Source of the DNA: an uncultured Pseudobdellovibrionaceae bacterium
GTDB taxonomy: Bacteria; Patescibacteriota; Minisyncoccia; Moranbacterales; GCA-2747515
Direction of reading: 5' to 3'
Assembly: GCA_964463705.1 (NCBI GenBank)
Contig: CAYXCH010000021.1
Location: forward strand, 1,162-65,161
DNA: 64,000 nt
Of this stretch, positions 50,676-60,924 are shown piece by piece. The notes below the pieces were generated by a model. It was not told where the DNA came from. It saw nothing but the letters and a program-made list of their open reading frames with translations, and did no database searches. A program made the position numbers and the translations under genes. Position 1 is the stretch's first letter; every line of letters starts with the position of its first letter.

Positions 50676-52274
50676 TTATGAACGTGGCTTCATCAGCGGA
50701 AAGATTTGTGTTTCACGAATCGGACGATTCATAAAGAAACTGAACAATCGCTCCGATACACCAAATCCAAATGTCGGCGGCATGCCATATTCCAGCGCCT
50801 CCACATAATCCATATCCGCCATCTGTGCCTCATCATCCCCGGCATCACGCAACGCCTGCTGGCGCAAAAATCGCTCTCGTTGATCCTGCGGATCGTTAAG
50901 TTCACTAAATCCCTTACCCATCTCACTTCCAGCCAAGATTACTTGAAAGCGTTCTACCGTCTCCGGTGCATCGGCGACGCGCTTTGCCAATGGCTCCAAA
51001 TACACCGGCACACCAATGAGAAATGCCGGACCGGAAACCTCTTTACGAATCGCCTTCCATAGCGCGTCCACACCACGGGAAACATTAAATCCCTCCTCCG
51101 TATATGCAATATCGTGTTCCCGCAACACTTGACGAACAGCCTCTTCGTCTGTAGCAAGCGGATTAATTCCGAACCGTTCGGAAATTACCGTGCAAAAATC
51201 TATCGTCTCCCACTCCGCGGAAAGATCCACAGTATGACCATGGATTGTGAATTGCTCTGTTCCAAACACTTCCCGCGCCACTGTCCGATACATTTCCCGA
51301 ATCATCGCCATACCTTCACGATAATCCGTATATGCCATATAAAACTCCAACTGTGTATAGTCCTGTGCATGTTCGCGAGAAATACCTTCATTGCGAAATA
51401 CCCGCCCAATCTCAAATGTCCGTTCCAATCCCGCCACCATCAAGCGTTTCTGCCATAACTCTCCGGCACTGATTCGCAAATATACATCCATATCCAATGC
51501 ATTGTGGTGAGTGATAAACGGCCGCGCTTCCGCACCACCGGCGGTGTTTTCCAATATGGGAGTCTCCACCTCCACAAATGCCCGTGTCAGCAAATACTGC
51601 CGCAACGTTTGCCAAAACGCTGATCGTTGACGAACCATTGTTGCCACATCATCATGCAGCAAAATATCCAAATATCGACGGCGCAGCCGCTCTTCTTCAT
51701 CTTCAAGCCCAAAATGCTCCGTCGGCACACCGCGCAACGCCTTACACAACAATGTCCACTCCACCGCTTTTACAGACTGAACACCGGTTTTGGTTGTAAA
51801 CAGTGTCCCGCGAAATTGAACAAAATCACTTCGGTCAATAAGCTTTGTAAACAATTTGTACGCCTCTGCGCCAATATCCTTCTTTGAGATTGCCACCTGA
51901 ATTGTTCCGCTTTCATCACGGACATCGGCAAATGTTAAATTCCCATGTTGTCGCAAAGACATCAAGCGACCCGCCACCGTCACGTCGGTCTCTTTTGTGC
52001 TCAACGCCTCAAATTCCGCCAACACGTCCGCCACCCGATGTGTCCGCTGTGATTGAGAGGGATATGGATCAATATCCGCCGCACGCAATCGCTCCACTTT
52101 CTCACACCGATCACGATATTCTTTATGTTGCACCGCTCCATTCACTGTCTCGGCGACTCCATCTGTTGCTGTGTTCATACTACTGTTCATCAGTAACAAA
52201 TACACCTTTAATCCGGCGTACACCGGCACCGGAAGATTGTTCTTTAACAATCTTAAACGTTCCGAATGATGCAA
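50676..52274 (-). CDS. lysS: Lysine--tRNA ligase (class II)
   Basis: OB anticodon-binding domain VAGRLMSLRQHGNLTFADVRDESGTIQV. Class II motifs FEIGRVFRNEGISREHAQDYTQLEFYMAY. Start probably at an internal Met (about 52178-52190). Confidence 0.9.
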   Translation of the reverse strand: MHHSERLRLLKNNLPVPVYAGLKVYLLLMNSSMNTATDGVAETVNGAVQHKEYRDRCEKVERLRAADIDPYPSQSQRTHRVADVLAEFEALSTKETDVTVAGRLMSLRQHGNLTFADVRDESGTIQVAISKKDIGAEAYKLFTKLIDRSDFVQFRGTLFTTKTGVQSVKAVEWTLLCKALRGVPTEHFGLEDEEERLRRRYLDILLHDDVATMVRQRSAFWQTLRQYLLTRAFVEVETPILENTAGGAEARPFITHHNALDMDVYLRISAGELWQKRLMVAGLERTFEIGRVFRNEGISREHAQDYTQLEFYMAYTDYREGMAMIREMYRTVAREVFGTEQFTIHGHTVDLSAEWETIDFCTVISERFGINPLATDEEAVRQVLREHDIAYTEEGFNVSRGVDALWKAIRKEVSGPAFLIGVPVYLEPLAKRVADAPETVERFQVILAGSEMGKGFSELNDPQDQRERFLRQQALRDAGDDEAQMADMDYVEALEYGMPPTFGFGVSERLFSFFMNRPIRETQIFPLMKPRS

Positions 52275-54069
52275 TCTCCCGTGTATTGTTTACGTGCGGT
52301 CCGCCACAAAGCTCCCGCGAATACACCGTACCATCATCTCCGCGAATTGTGTACACCGTTACCCGAGGCGGGTACTTTTCCCAGAAGCTTCCTTCCACAC
52401 CGGCGGTGCGCGCATCCTCCTTATCCATTTCCTCCACCGTTACCGGTACACCATGAGAAACTACCGTTCGCACATATTCTTCTACTTTGTCCAGCACATC
52501 TCGCGGCACCTTTGCATCATGAGTAAAATCAAAACGCATCCGCTGCTGTGTAATATTGGATCCCGCCTGATGCACGTGGTCTCCCACGTATTTACGTAAT
52601 GCCGCAAGAACCAAGTGTGTTACCGTATGGTAGGCCGTTGTTACCGCGCTGTGATCTGCCAATCCACCGGAAAATTTTTGAGCGGCGGCAGATTGAGAGC
52701 GCTTTTGGTGATCGGCAAATGCGACGTCAAATCCCTTTGTGTCTACCGTCATCGATTGTTGCTCCGCCAACTCCCGCGTCAATTCCAACGGAAAGCCATA
52801 CGTTGTAAACAACACAAACGCATCCTCTCCGCTAATTTGCCCGGAGCTGCGTCGTGCAATTTTATCAAACTCTCGCAATCCCGTCCGCAACGCCCGGCGA
52901 AATTTCGCCTCCTCCGCCGCTATTGTCTCCATAATGTATTCTTTTTTCTCTGCCACATCGGAACATGACGGCGCGTACGCATCTACAATCGTAGCACTCA
53001 ATGCAGACAATGTATCCGGCGCGACACCCAACCGATCGGCATACAGTGTTGCACGACGCAATAGACGTCGTAAAACATAGCCCTGCTCCTTATTGGACGG
53101 AACAATGCCATCGGTAATCATAAATACACTCCCGCGCAAATGATCCGCAATCACCCGAAACTCCGTTAACGCATCTTCGTATGGTGTTCCACTTGCCGTC
53201 TGCAACGCGTTTATCAATGGCGTAAATACATCCAACCGAAACACATCCGAATCATTACGAGCCGCTGCCGCAATACGCTCCAATCCGCCACCAAAGTCTA
53301 CATTTTTCTGCGGCAATGGCGCAAATGTTCCCTTCTCCGTCTTTACATAGGCCATGAATACGCTATTACCGATTTCCATGAACCGTCCGCAATCACAGTT
53401 CGGATGACAATGCTTGCCGAATGCGGGATCATGCGGTGTACCAAAATCATAAAAGATCTCACTGTCCGGACCACCAATCTCTCCCGCGGGCATATCTTGA
53501 GGAGCGCCGGCACGGCTCCACCAATTCTTAGATGCATCGTAGTAAAAAATTCGCCCATCACCCATACCGATCCGCGCGCCATTTTCCACCGTTCCAATAT
53601 CTACAATCGTTGTCGATATACCACGCTCGGCAAATAGTGTCTGCCAAATTTCCGCACTGCGAGTATCTCGTTTCACTCCGGACTCCGAATCACCGGCAAA
53701 ACACGTTACGTAAATACGTTCAGGATCCAATCCCACTTCATCTACCAAGAATTCCCAAATCCACGGTAACTGCTCTTCCTTGAAATAATCTCCCAATGAC
53801 CAATTTCCCAACATTTCAAAAAACGTTGTGTGTCGGTTATCACCCACTTCTTCTATATCCTCCGCACGAAAACAGCGTTGACTGTTTGCCAAGCGAGTCC
53901 CCGATGGATGCGATTGCCCCATAAGATATGGAATTAGCGGCTGCATTCCGCTGCCGGTAAACAGTGTAGTAGGATCATTTTCCGGCACCAATGAAGCGGA
54001 AGGAAGGATTGCGTGACCGCGAGCGGCGGTAAATGCCAAAAATTTCTCCCGAATATCCCGTATGGTCAT
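52180..54069 (-). CDS. alaS: Alanine--tRNA ligase, short form (629 aa, lacks C-terminal C-Ala domain)
   Basis: N-terminus FLAFTAARGHAILPSASLVPENDPTTLFTGSGMQPLIPYL...FFEMLGNWSLGDYFK. Editing-domain HxxxH region present. Confidence 0.85.
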   Translation of the reverse strand: MTIRDIREKFLAFTAARGHAILPSASLVPENDPTTLFTGSGMQPLIPYLMGQSHPSGTRLANSQRCFRAEDIEEVGDNRHTTFFEMLGNWSLGDYFKEEQLPWIWEFLVDEVGLDPERIYVTCFAGDSESGVKRDTRSAEIWQTLFAERGISTTIVDIGTVENGARIGMGDGRIFYYDASKNWWSRAGAPQDMPAGEIGGPDSEIFYDFGTPHDPAFGKHCHPNCDCGRFMEIGNSVFMAYVKTEKGTFAPLPQKNVDFGGGLERIAAAARNDSDVFRLDVFTPLINALQTASGTPYEDALTEFRVIADHLRGSVFMITDGIVPSNKEQGYVLRRLLRRATLYADRLGVAPDTLSALSATIVDAYAPSCSDVAEKKEYIMETIAAEEAKFRRALRTGLREFDKIARRSSGQISGEDAFVLFTTYGFPLELTRELAEQQSMTVDTKGFDVAFADHQKRSQSAAAQKFSGGLADHSAVTTAYHTVTHLVLAALRKYVGDHVHQAGSNITQQRMRFDFTHDAKVPRDVLDKVEEYVRTVVSHGVPVTVEEMDKEDARTAGVEGSFWEKYPPRVTVYTIRGDDGTVYSRELCGGPHVNNTREIASFGTFKIVKEQSSGAGVRRIKGVFVTDEQ

Positions 54070-54081
54070 AGGCCTATATTA

Positions 54082-54315
54082 TTACCACGTAATACGCGCC
54101 TTTTTTAATGCATCCGTGACGGTACGCTCAGAGTCATAGTACCCCGCCGCACGCAGCTTCCGTGAGACAAGAGTATATACATCATGAGGAGATGCATCCG
54201 AGCGAAGGCGATATAACGCACTCCGTAAACTACTGCGAGCCGTACCACCAACGTTCGGATATGTTTTTTCAATGAAAGCGATGATTGCATCAGCTGTTGA
54301 AGAAGTAAATGCCAT
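54082..54315 (-). CDS. Hypothetical small protein
   Basis: 77-aa ORF. No recognised motifs. Confidence 0.3.
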   Translation of the reverse strand: MAFTSSTADAIIAFIEKTYPNVGGTARSSLRSALYRLRSDASPHDVYTLVSRKLRAAGYYDSERTVTDALKKARITW

Positions 54316-54319
54316 AGTA

Positions 54320-54580
54320 TTATGATAAACGATTTAGTCGATGTTTTAGTGTCTTTTGTTGTTGCAAGAGTATACGCAACTCATTTTCCACACGTCGTAT
54401 CTGACGATCCAGATCCGCCAACTCCACCGCAATACGCTTCTGCTGCTGTGTCAATCGTCGGCGTTGTGTTTCCAATGCTGAATTCCGTGTCCGCAGTTTG
54501 CGCACATCTGCATCTAAAACCATTAGCTCCCGTCGTAACTCCAACTGCTTCCGGCGGCGTTGTGGTGGAGAAAGTGTCAT
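54320..54580 (-). CDS. Hypothetical coiled-coil protein
   Basis: 86-aa R/Q/L-rich heptad-like sequence. Confidence 0.3.
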   Translation of the reverse strand: MTLSPPQRRRKQLELRRELMVLDADVRKLRTRNSALETQRRRLTQQQKRIAVELADLDRQIRRVENELRILLQQQKTLKHRLNRLS

Positions 54581-54595
54581 ATGTTCAGTATATCA

Positions 54596-55582
54596 CTACC
54601 CACGATGCAAGGCAAAGAGAATATAGGCGATATACATTCCCACAAACACTATACCTTGATAACGCTGTAGCGTATGCCGCTTCCCCACAAACATTAACGC
54701 AAACAGTACAATGGTGGTAGCGGCAAAAACTCCCGTATCCATTGCGTTATCACGGGTAAACGGTAAGGGAGCAACCAATGCCGTCAGGCCCAACGCAAAG
54801 AACGTATTAAATATTATAGTACCCACAATACCCCCCACCACCAAATCTACGGCACCCTGACGCACCGCTGACAGTGAAGTCATAATTTCCGGTAGCGATG
54901 TACCGACCGCTACAATCGTCAGACCGATAAGGTTCTGTGACCATCCCAATAACGTAGCGATACGCACCGCCGCATCCACGGCAATTTTTCCTCCGATAAC
55001 CAGCGCCAATAACCCGCCAACAAGAAGGACCGTACTCCATAGCCATGAGTATGTCCGCACCGCCTCTGATGATTCCCGATCAGATGTTCGGGATAAGGTG
55101 AATGTGTATACGATAAAAATTGTGAAAAAGCTCAGCAATACAAGTCCATCTCCACGCGTGATACTGTTGGCAACACAGTGACGATCAATAACACAATCTC
55201 CTCCCAACACCAGCAACATCATCGCCGCCAATACAATAAACGGAATCTCCTTCCAAACCGTTCGCGCATGAATTGTCAACGGACGAACTAATGCCGCCAA
55301 TCCCAATCCCAACAGTGTATCGACAATGTTACTTCCCACAATGTTACCGATACTCAGCTCTACCGCTCCGCGAGCGGCGGCCAATACATTCACCGCAACT
55401 TCCGGCGCCGATGTTCCGATTGCAACAATTGTTAAACCGATAACAAACGGAGTGACACCCAACTTTGCCGCTACACTGCTTGCACCGCGAACAAAATACT
55501 CCGCGCCGTACATAACAATAACCAACCCCGCTACGAACAGCGCAAACGCAACTACGATACTACTCATCATGATTTTTATCAC
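54596..55582 (-). CDS. Ca2+/Na+ antiporter (CaCA family, YrbG-like)
   Basis: Two alpha-repeats GTSAPEVAVNVLAA and GTSLPEIMTSLSAV. About 10 TM segments. Confidence 0.8.
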   Translation of the reverse strand: MIKIMMSSIVVAFALFVAGLVIVMYGAEYFVRGASSVAAKLGVTPFVIGLTIVAIGTSAPEVAVNVLAAARGAVELSIGNIVGSNIVDTLLGLGLAALVRPLTIHARTVWKEIPFIVLAAMMLLVLGGDCVIDRHCVANSITRGDGLVLLSFFTIFIVYTFTLSRTSDRESSEAVRTYSWLWSTVLLVGGLLALVIGGKIAVDAAVRIATLLGWSQNLIGLTIVAVGTSLPEIMTSLSAVRQGAVDLVVGGIVGTIIFNTFFALGLTALVAPLPFTRDNAMDTGVFAATTIVLFALMFVGKRHTLQRYQGIVFVGMYIAYILFALHRG

Positions 55583-57452
55583 TGTGTGTTACGGAATCCC
55601 GAGGAGATCGCGGAGATGATGAGGAAAATCGCTTTGGTGCTACATGGGTCATTTGTGCCAATGATAACGGCTTCTCTCGCACCGTACGAACGACACGCTC
55701 TACGGAGCGAACAACCGTCTGCTTTGTTGCGCCATCCGTTCGTTGTTGTTGCATGGCATGATGCTGTGCGCGCATCATTGCGCTGCGATAGTCCGCCAAA
55801 CAATCCTTGCAAAACACTCCGCGACGCCCATCCGGTATGAATGGAACCGTAATATCAATCCCGCATGTATCACATGTGGTATCATGCATCACTCGCTCCG
55901 AGGAACGATCATCGCGAGATACCGTACCGGCAGATCTATCCTTGGACGAATTTTTGGACAAATCCTTAGATGAAGCAGATGATGACGTTTCATCTGCATG
56001 TTCCGATGCATCTGATGATAATGACACATCTTTGACAATATCCGATGATGCGGACGATACGGGAGTATCCGGCAAAGATTTTAACGCGTCCGAAGATTTC
56101 TCCGTTAAATCATCTGCCGTGTCCACATCCGATGCCTCCGTCTTTGTCTCCGCCACCGCCGTATTGCGGACCGAGCCGCCATATCCGCTCCACACATTGA
56201 TTCGCTCCTCTACCGTCTCCCGTGGCACCGCATATCGCGCACGGGAATTGGCAATGATGTTCTCCTCTTGAGAGGTGTGTCCGGGTTCCACCGGTGGCAG
56301 CGTCGTCGCACTGAACGCATCTGCCGTCACACCGTCAATCATGAGTTTAAGATAAATATGATATTTCGGCAAGTTCACGAAATCATTAAGTGTAAAGACG
56401 GGGGCAAATTCTTTTTCCAGAAATTCCGCATCGGCGGCACCAATACGAAAACTGATAGTCGTTCCCACATTTCCAAAAATCGCATCCCGAACCGCATCAT
56501 CCAACTGCGCAATATATTGATGTGCAAGCGTAAGATTGAGACGATATTTCCGCGCCTCCGACAGAATTGTAGCAAAAGACTCCGTGGAAAAGTTCTGAAA
56601 CTCATCAACATAAAGATAAAAATCGTTGCGCTTCTCCTCCGGCATATCCACGCGACTCATCGCCGCCATCTGAATTTTTGTTACCATCATCGCCCCCAAT
56701 AACGCGCTGTTATCTTCACCAATTCGCCCTTTGGCGAGGTTAACGATAAGAATTTTCTTCTTATCCATTACATCACGCAAAGAAAATGCACTCTGTGGCT
56801 GCCCGACAATATTGCGGATTAACGCACTGGTGAGAAACTGCCCTACCTTATTTTGAATCGGAGCAATAACTTCCTGCAATACCGGACCTTGCCATTTCGG
56901 AAACTCTTCTGTCCAAAACGCACGAACAACCGGATCACTGACCGCACCGACAATACGCTTCCGGTATCTCTTATCTACAAGAATGCGCATTACTCCCAAT
57001 AGCGTCGTATTGGGTGTCTCCAACAATGCCATGATAGCGTTCCGCAAAATATATTCTAATCGCGGTCCCCACGAATCCGCCCAGAGTTTTTTAAACACAC
57101 CGACGATTCCGCTGGCAACCAGATGTCGATACTCCGGATCCACATGTTCCAATACATTAAACGCCACCGGATAGGACATATCCGCCGGATTAAAGTAAAT
57201 CACATCGTCTTGACGGTGCGGTGGAATAAGAGAAAGCATTTTTTCCGCCGTATCACCGTGCGGATCAATATAGGCCACTCCATGCCCGGCGGCAATATCG
57301 TGAGCAACAAAATGCTCCAACAACGTCGTCTTCCCCATGCCGGTCTTTCCGATTATATACACATGACGTCGACGATCGTCACGCTTAATTCCAAATACTT
57401 GCTCCTGACCGCGAAATGCTGTCTTGGCAAACGGTGTAATTTCCGTACTCAT
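55560..57452 (-). CDS. TraD/VirD4/TraG-like (type IV coupling protein family) soluble ATPase with acidic Ser-rich linker and C-terminal zinc ribbon
   Basis: Walker A HVYIIGKTGMGKTTLLEHF. Walker B LYVDEFQNF. Sensor TLAHQ. C-terminus CDTCGIDITVPFIPDGRRGVFCKDCL. No N-terminal TM helices. Confidence 0.55.
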   Translation of the reverse strand: MSTEITPFAKTAFRGQEQVFGIKRDDRRRHVYIIGKTGMGKTTLLEHFVAHDIAAGHGVAYIDPHGDTAEKMLSLIPPHRQDDVIYFNPADMSYPVAFNVLEHVDPEYRHLVASGIVGVFKKLWADSWGPRLEYILRNAIMALLETPNTTLLGVMRILVDKRYRKRIVGAVSDPVVRAFWTEEFPKWQGPVLQEVIAPIQNKVGQFLTSALIRNIVGQPQSAFSLRDVMDKKKILIVNLAKGRIGEDNSALLGAMMVTKIQMAAMSRVDMPEEKRNDFYLYVDEFQNFSTESFATILSEARKYRLNLTLAHQYIAQLDDAVRDAIFGNVGTTISFRIGAADAEFLEKEFAPVFTLNDFVNLPKYHIYLKLMIDGVTADAFSATTLPPVEPGHTSQEENIIANSRARYAVPRETVEERINVWSGYGGSVRNTAVAETKTEASDVDTADDLTEKSSDALKSLPDTPVSSASSDIVKDVSLSSDASEHADETSSSASSKDLSKNSSKDRSAGTVSRDDRSSERVMHDTTCDTCGIDITVPFIPDGRRGVFCKDCLADYRSAMMRAQHHAMQQQRTDGATKQTVVRSVERVVRTVREKPLSLAQMTHVAPKRFSSSSPRSPRDSVTHSDKNHDE

Positions 57453-57464
57453 GGATGTATATTG

Positions 57465-58838
57465 TTATTTTGTTGGAATAATTGCATTAATCTCCGATGG
57501 AATTGGAAGATTTGTCGGAGCGGTGGCAGTAGCACTCCGTGCACGAGCAATTGCCGGTGCCATTACATTCATATCCGGCATATGATAAATTGTCGCCAGT
57601 TCCCGATCACTCATTACAAACTTTACTCCGCTCATTTTTCGTTTTCGATAAACGTACATAAGCTTTCGCTGTTTAAAACGAAGTCGTGTATGGCGAAATA
57701 GATACAGTGCATATGTGATAGACGGCACGTGCGGCTTGAACGCATTAAGGTTAAAATCCGCAAATTGCTTCATTGCACCAAAATAACCGAATACCATTGC
57801 CTTGTTAAATATATCACGCCGAGCGGCATACATCATGCGCATTTTGACAATAAACATATATCGCCCGATATTTTCTTCAATTGCTTCCAATACCTTTTTC
57901 TCGCCCGGCGATAATCGGAACTCCAACGGCTGCTCTTCCGCCGGTGAAGGTCCTCCTCCACCACCACTGCCCAAAAATCCTGTGAGCGCCAGTGCTATTT
58001 TCCCAAGCATACCAATGCTGGGTGGCGACGATTTTCCTTTCAATTCATTTACGTATTTTTCTCCCTCCGTATCATGCCAACTTTCCGGTAACGGCTCAAT
58101 CATCATCTGCCAGCACAAGTACTCTCCACGCTTTGCACGTCCCATAACCTCAATCATTCCCGAAAGCGGGTCAATCATCTTTCCGGTAACATCTTCCTCA
58201 AAGTGCGGCCATGTCTTAATCGGTACCGGATCAGGTTTCAGCAACTCCATATCCGCACCCCATACATTCCAGTCTTTGTTCGGAATCAACGCGGGAATAT
58301 CATCCACATAGTCCTCCGTGTCCCGAACATATGCTTGCGGATATTGCGCATACAAATGAGACTCAAATACATCACGAACTTCCGTCGGCAACATTAAATA
58401 AAATCGTACACCGCCATTTGTTCCAACCGTCTCAAAAATAAACACCGGCTGCATGGCACCATTACAAACTTCTTCATATGTCGGAATAGTAATGCGAGTT
58501 CCCTGTAATCCCGCAAAAAGAGATTCCATCAATTGTGGTGACTGCTCCACGTTCTTTGGCGGGATAATTTCCACCATGTCATATTCTTGTGAAGATGCAT
58601 ATACATCTTGCACATAATCAAACCACAGTAAACGAAATATTTTATACAATACCGGCGGCAATATCAAAAACCACGTATGACGAATAACTGTCACCACCGT
58701 ATCCAGTGACCCGAAAATCGTTGCATAAATGGATAAAATATCCGACATGAGCAAAAGAAAAAAGAGGACATATCCTCTTTCAGTATACCATACTCTATTT
58801 GGAGTATTATGCCTCTTCCTCCGGCAGTGTATAAACAC
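57465..58838 (-). CDS. Hypothetical polytopic membrane protein (partner of the VirD4-like ATPase)
   Basis: N-terminal TM helices, a GGGGG linker and a large soluble region. Immediately upstream of the ATPase on the same strand. Confidence 0.4.
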   Translation of the reverse strand: MFIHCRRKRHNTPNRVWYTERGYVLFFLLLMSDILSIYATIFGSLDTVVTVIRHTWFLILPPVLYKIFRLLWFDYVQDVYASSQEYDMVEIIPPKNVEQSPQLMESLFAGLQGTRITIPTYEEVCNGAMQPVFIFETVGTNGGVRFYLMLPTEVRDVFESHLYAQYPQAYVRDTEDYVDDIPALIPNKDWNVWGADMELLKPDPVPIKTWPHFEEDVTGKMIDPLSGMIEVMGRAKRGEYLCWQMMIEPLPESWHDTEGEKYVNELKGKSSPPSIGMLGKIALALTGFLGSGGGGGPSPAEEQPLEFRLSPGEKKVLEAIEENIGRYMFIVKMRMMYAARRDIFNKAMVFGYFGAMKQFADFNLNAFKPHVPSITYALYLFRHTRLRFKQRKLMYVYRKRKMSGVKFVMSDRELATIYHMPDMNVMAPAIARARSATATAPTNLPIPSEINAIIPTK

Positions 58839-59853
58839 CGCGACGAACTTTTTTGAAATGTTGATTGAGGTTGACCAGTACCGTCATCTTGCGCACATCA
58901 CGCTTCTTCTCCACTGCCGCCACCACGTCTCGCACCGCCATGGGAGCGCCATGCTCTTTCAACACCTGCGTAATCACGTCTCGTACCGTCCCCGGCACAT
59001 ATCCCCAATCGCGCAAGGCGTACATTCCGCGTCCAACAAGAACAAACCGCTGATCTTTAATCAGCTCATTGTGAACAGTCTGTATATTTGTTCGCGTTGT
59101 TCCGCGAGACAGGCCATGCGCATCAATTGCAGCGGCAATATCACGAAAATGCATTGGTGCACCCTTCTCTTTCAACACAAGATAAATACGATCCCGCATA
59201 CTACGCGGACGTACATCACTCCACTGCGTCAATCCCCATCGACCGAACGGATTTTTTGCAATATCTGTTACCGGCGTTAAATAATGGTGCAAGGTTTCCG
59301 CGTCCACCTGCGTATCCGCCTCCGGATGTTTCGTATATTGCTTGTGCAAGATTTCATGTGCCAACGGCTCCTTTACATCGGAAAGAATCGCGGTAACAAT
59401 TTCTTTAACTCGCGTCCACTGCTCCTCATCAAACTCCACATGAACCACTGCCTTAACAACATCTTTGCGCTTTAATGGACGCAAATTTTCCGATGCATCC
59501 ACAAAAAACCGCGCCGCCCCACGCTCGGCACGATGATCTGAAGAGCTCACGGCATCCAACAACTCCTCCTCCGGTATAATCTTTCCGCGCGCACAAACCG
59601 CCTCTTCCAGCGGAGCGTAAATTTCTTTATTATCTCTCGTTGATTGCCGCACCGCACGCACACCATCCGCAATAATTTGCCGAATTCGTTCTCGTGTCAA
59701 CCCATACCGCTCACCAATTGCTCCCAGCGTCTGTGACGATTGCGGATCAATACCGTATCGCTGCGCCAAAATCTCCCGTGTACGTTGCGGCAAATCTCGT
59801 ACTGCCTGTGCAAAAAAATCTGTAAATCGCTGCGTTTTCGCCGTCATAGGCAA
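58807..59853 (-). CDS. DNA-binding protein with sigma-70 region-4-type HTH plus two HARE-HTH-like repeats
   Basis: LPQRTREILAQRYGIDPQSSQTLGAIGERYGLTRERIRQI resembles sigma70 region 4. The C-terminal half has two copies of an HF(R/K)DIAAAI...RGMYALRDWGY-type winged-helix repeat. No sigma region 2 is present. Confidence 0.5.
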   Translation of the reverse strand: MPMTAKTQRFTDFFAQAVRDLPQRTREILAQRYGIDPQSSQTLGAIGERYGLTRERIRQIIADGVRAVRQSTRDNKEIYAPLEEAVCARGKIIPEEELLDAVSSSDHRAERGAARFFVDASENLRPLKRKDVVKAVVHVEFDEEQWTRVKEIVTAILSDVKEPLAHEILHKQYTKHPEADTQVDAETLHHYLTPVTDIAKNPFGRWGLTQWSDVRPRSMRDRIYLVLKEKGAPMHFRDIAAAIDAHGLSRGTTRTNIQTVHNELIKDQRFVLVGRGMYALRDWGYVPGTVRDVITQVLKEHGAPMAVRDVVAAVEKKRDVRKMTVLVNLNQHFKKVRRGVYTLPEEEA

Positions 59854-59919
59854 TATACATCAAAAACTATTCCAACAGACGTACAGTATCACAGATTTTT
59901 TAATATGTCAAAAAGATAA

Positions 59920-60924
59920 CTATAATCCATTGCGCTTCTTGTTGCGCACATGCTCTTGGAATGTCTCGGAAAATACGGTTTCCTGTGTCTCCGCATTATT
60001 AAGAAAGTAAAAATACTTCGTTTCTTTCGGGAATAATGTGGCGCGCAACGCACTTTGTCCGGGATTGCCAATCGGGCCGGGCGGAAGTCCCGGATACTTG
60101 TATGTATTGTACGGAGAGTCTACACGTGTCTCTTCCAATGTATGCTTAACTTTTGATTCTCCAAAAATATAATCCAGTGTCGCATCCGATCCCAGCGCAA
60201 TCCCATCTCGTAAACGATTATAAAAAATTCCCGCCACAATAGGGCGCTCCTCTTCCTTGTGCACTTCTCGCTCCACAATACTTGCCAATGTCACAATCTG
60301 ATGTACACTCATTCCCCGCGCACGAGCGGCATCATACCACGCCGGTATAAATACACGATCCATTTGCCGCACCATTGTATGGGCAATATCTTGTGCCGAC
60401 GCTTCCGGAACAAATTGATATGTTTCGGGGAACAAATACCCCTCTAATGACGCATCGTTGGGCAATGATCGCAACACGGGAATCGCCGCCCTCCACTCCG
60501 ATGGCGGTGTCTGTGCCACTTTTGTAAATTCATCTCCGTCAAATCCCAGTGTCGTCAATCGATCTGCAATCTGTGCAATGGTCCACCCTTCGGGAATTGT
60601 CACACGAATATCACGTGATACCGTCTCCCCCGCTTGCAATAACGCCACCACTTCCGGCACCGTCAAACGCGGAGGGATTTCATAGGTCCCCGCCTTTAAA
60701 TCCTTTGCCGCATCCACCGCCCGCACATATAATCGAAACATCCACGCTGACGGAATCCGATGATGTTCCGCCAACAATTCCGCAATCCGAACAACAGAGG
60801 CGCCGGATGGAATATCCACTCTTACCATATCTGACGAATCCGCACGCAGAGATTGCACGCCATACCATCCACCGTATCCTGCTATCGCAAGGAGCACGAT
60901 AATAATTCCAAGCGCTCGCCTCAT
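59920..60924 (-). CDS. mltG: Endolytic murein transglycosylase MltG (YceG-like)
   Basis: N-terminal TM. YceG-like domain with GLPPGPIGNPG near the C-terminus. Confidence 0.85.
   Translation of the reverse strand: MRRALGIIIVLLAIAGYGGWYGVQSLRADSSDMVRVDIPSGASVVRIAELLAEHHRIPSAWMFRLYVRAVDAAKDLKAGTYEIPPRLTVPEVVALLQAGETVSRDIRVTIPEGWTIAQIADRLTTLGFDGDEFTKVAQTPPSEWRAAIPVLRSLPNDASLEGYLFPETYQFVPEASAQDIAHTMVRQMDRVFIPAWYDAARARGMSVHQIVTLASIVEREVHKEEERPIVAGIFYNRLRDGIALGSDATLDYIFGESKVKHTLEETRVDSPYNTYKYPGLPPGPIGNPGQSALRATLFPKETKYFYFLNNAETQETVFSETFQEHVRNKKRNGL

Noticed and set aside
52180-52274. 95-nt overlap between lysS and alaS (and similar 40-100-nt overlaps at trmD/ftsW, smc/polyprenyl synthase, GT4/ugd)
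   Set aside because: These are artefacts of taking the most upstream ATG. Internal Met codons give adjacent or 4-nt-overlapping genes, so they are not real long overlaps.
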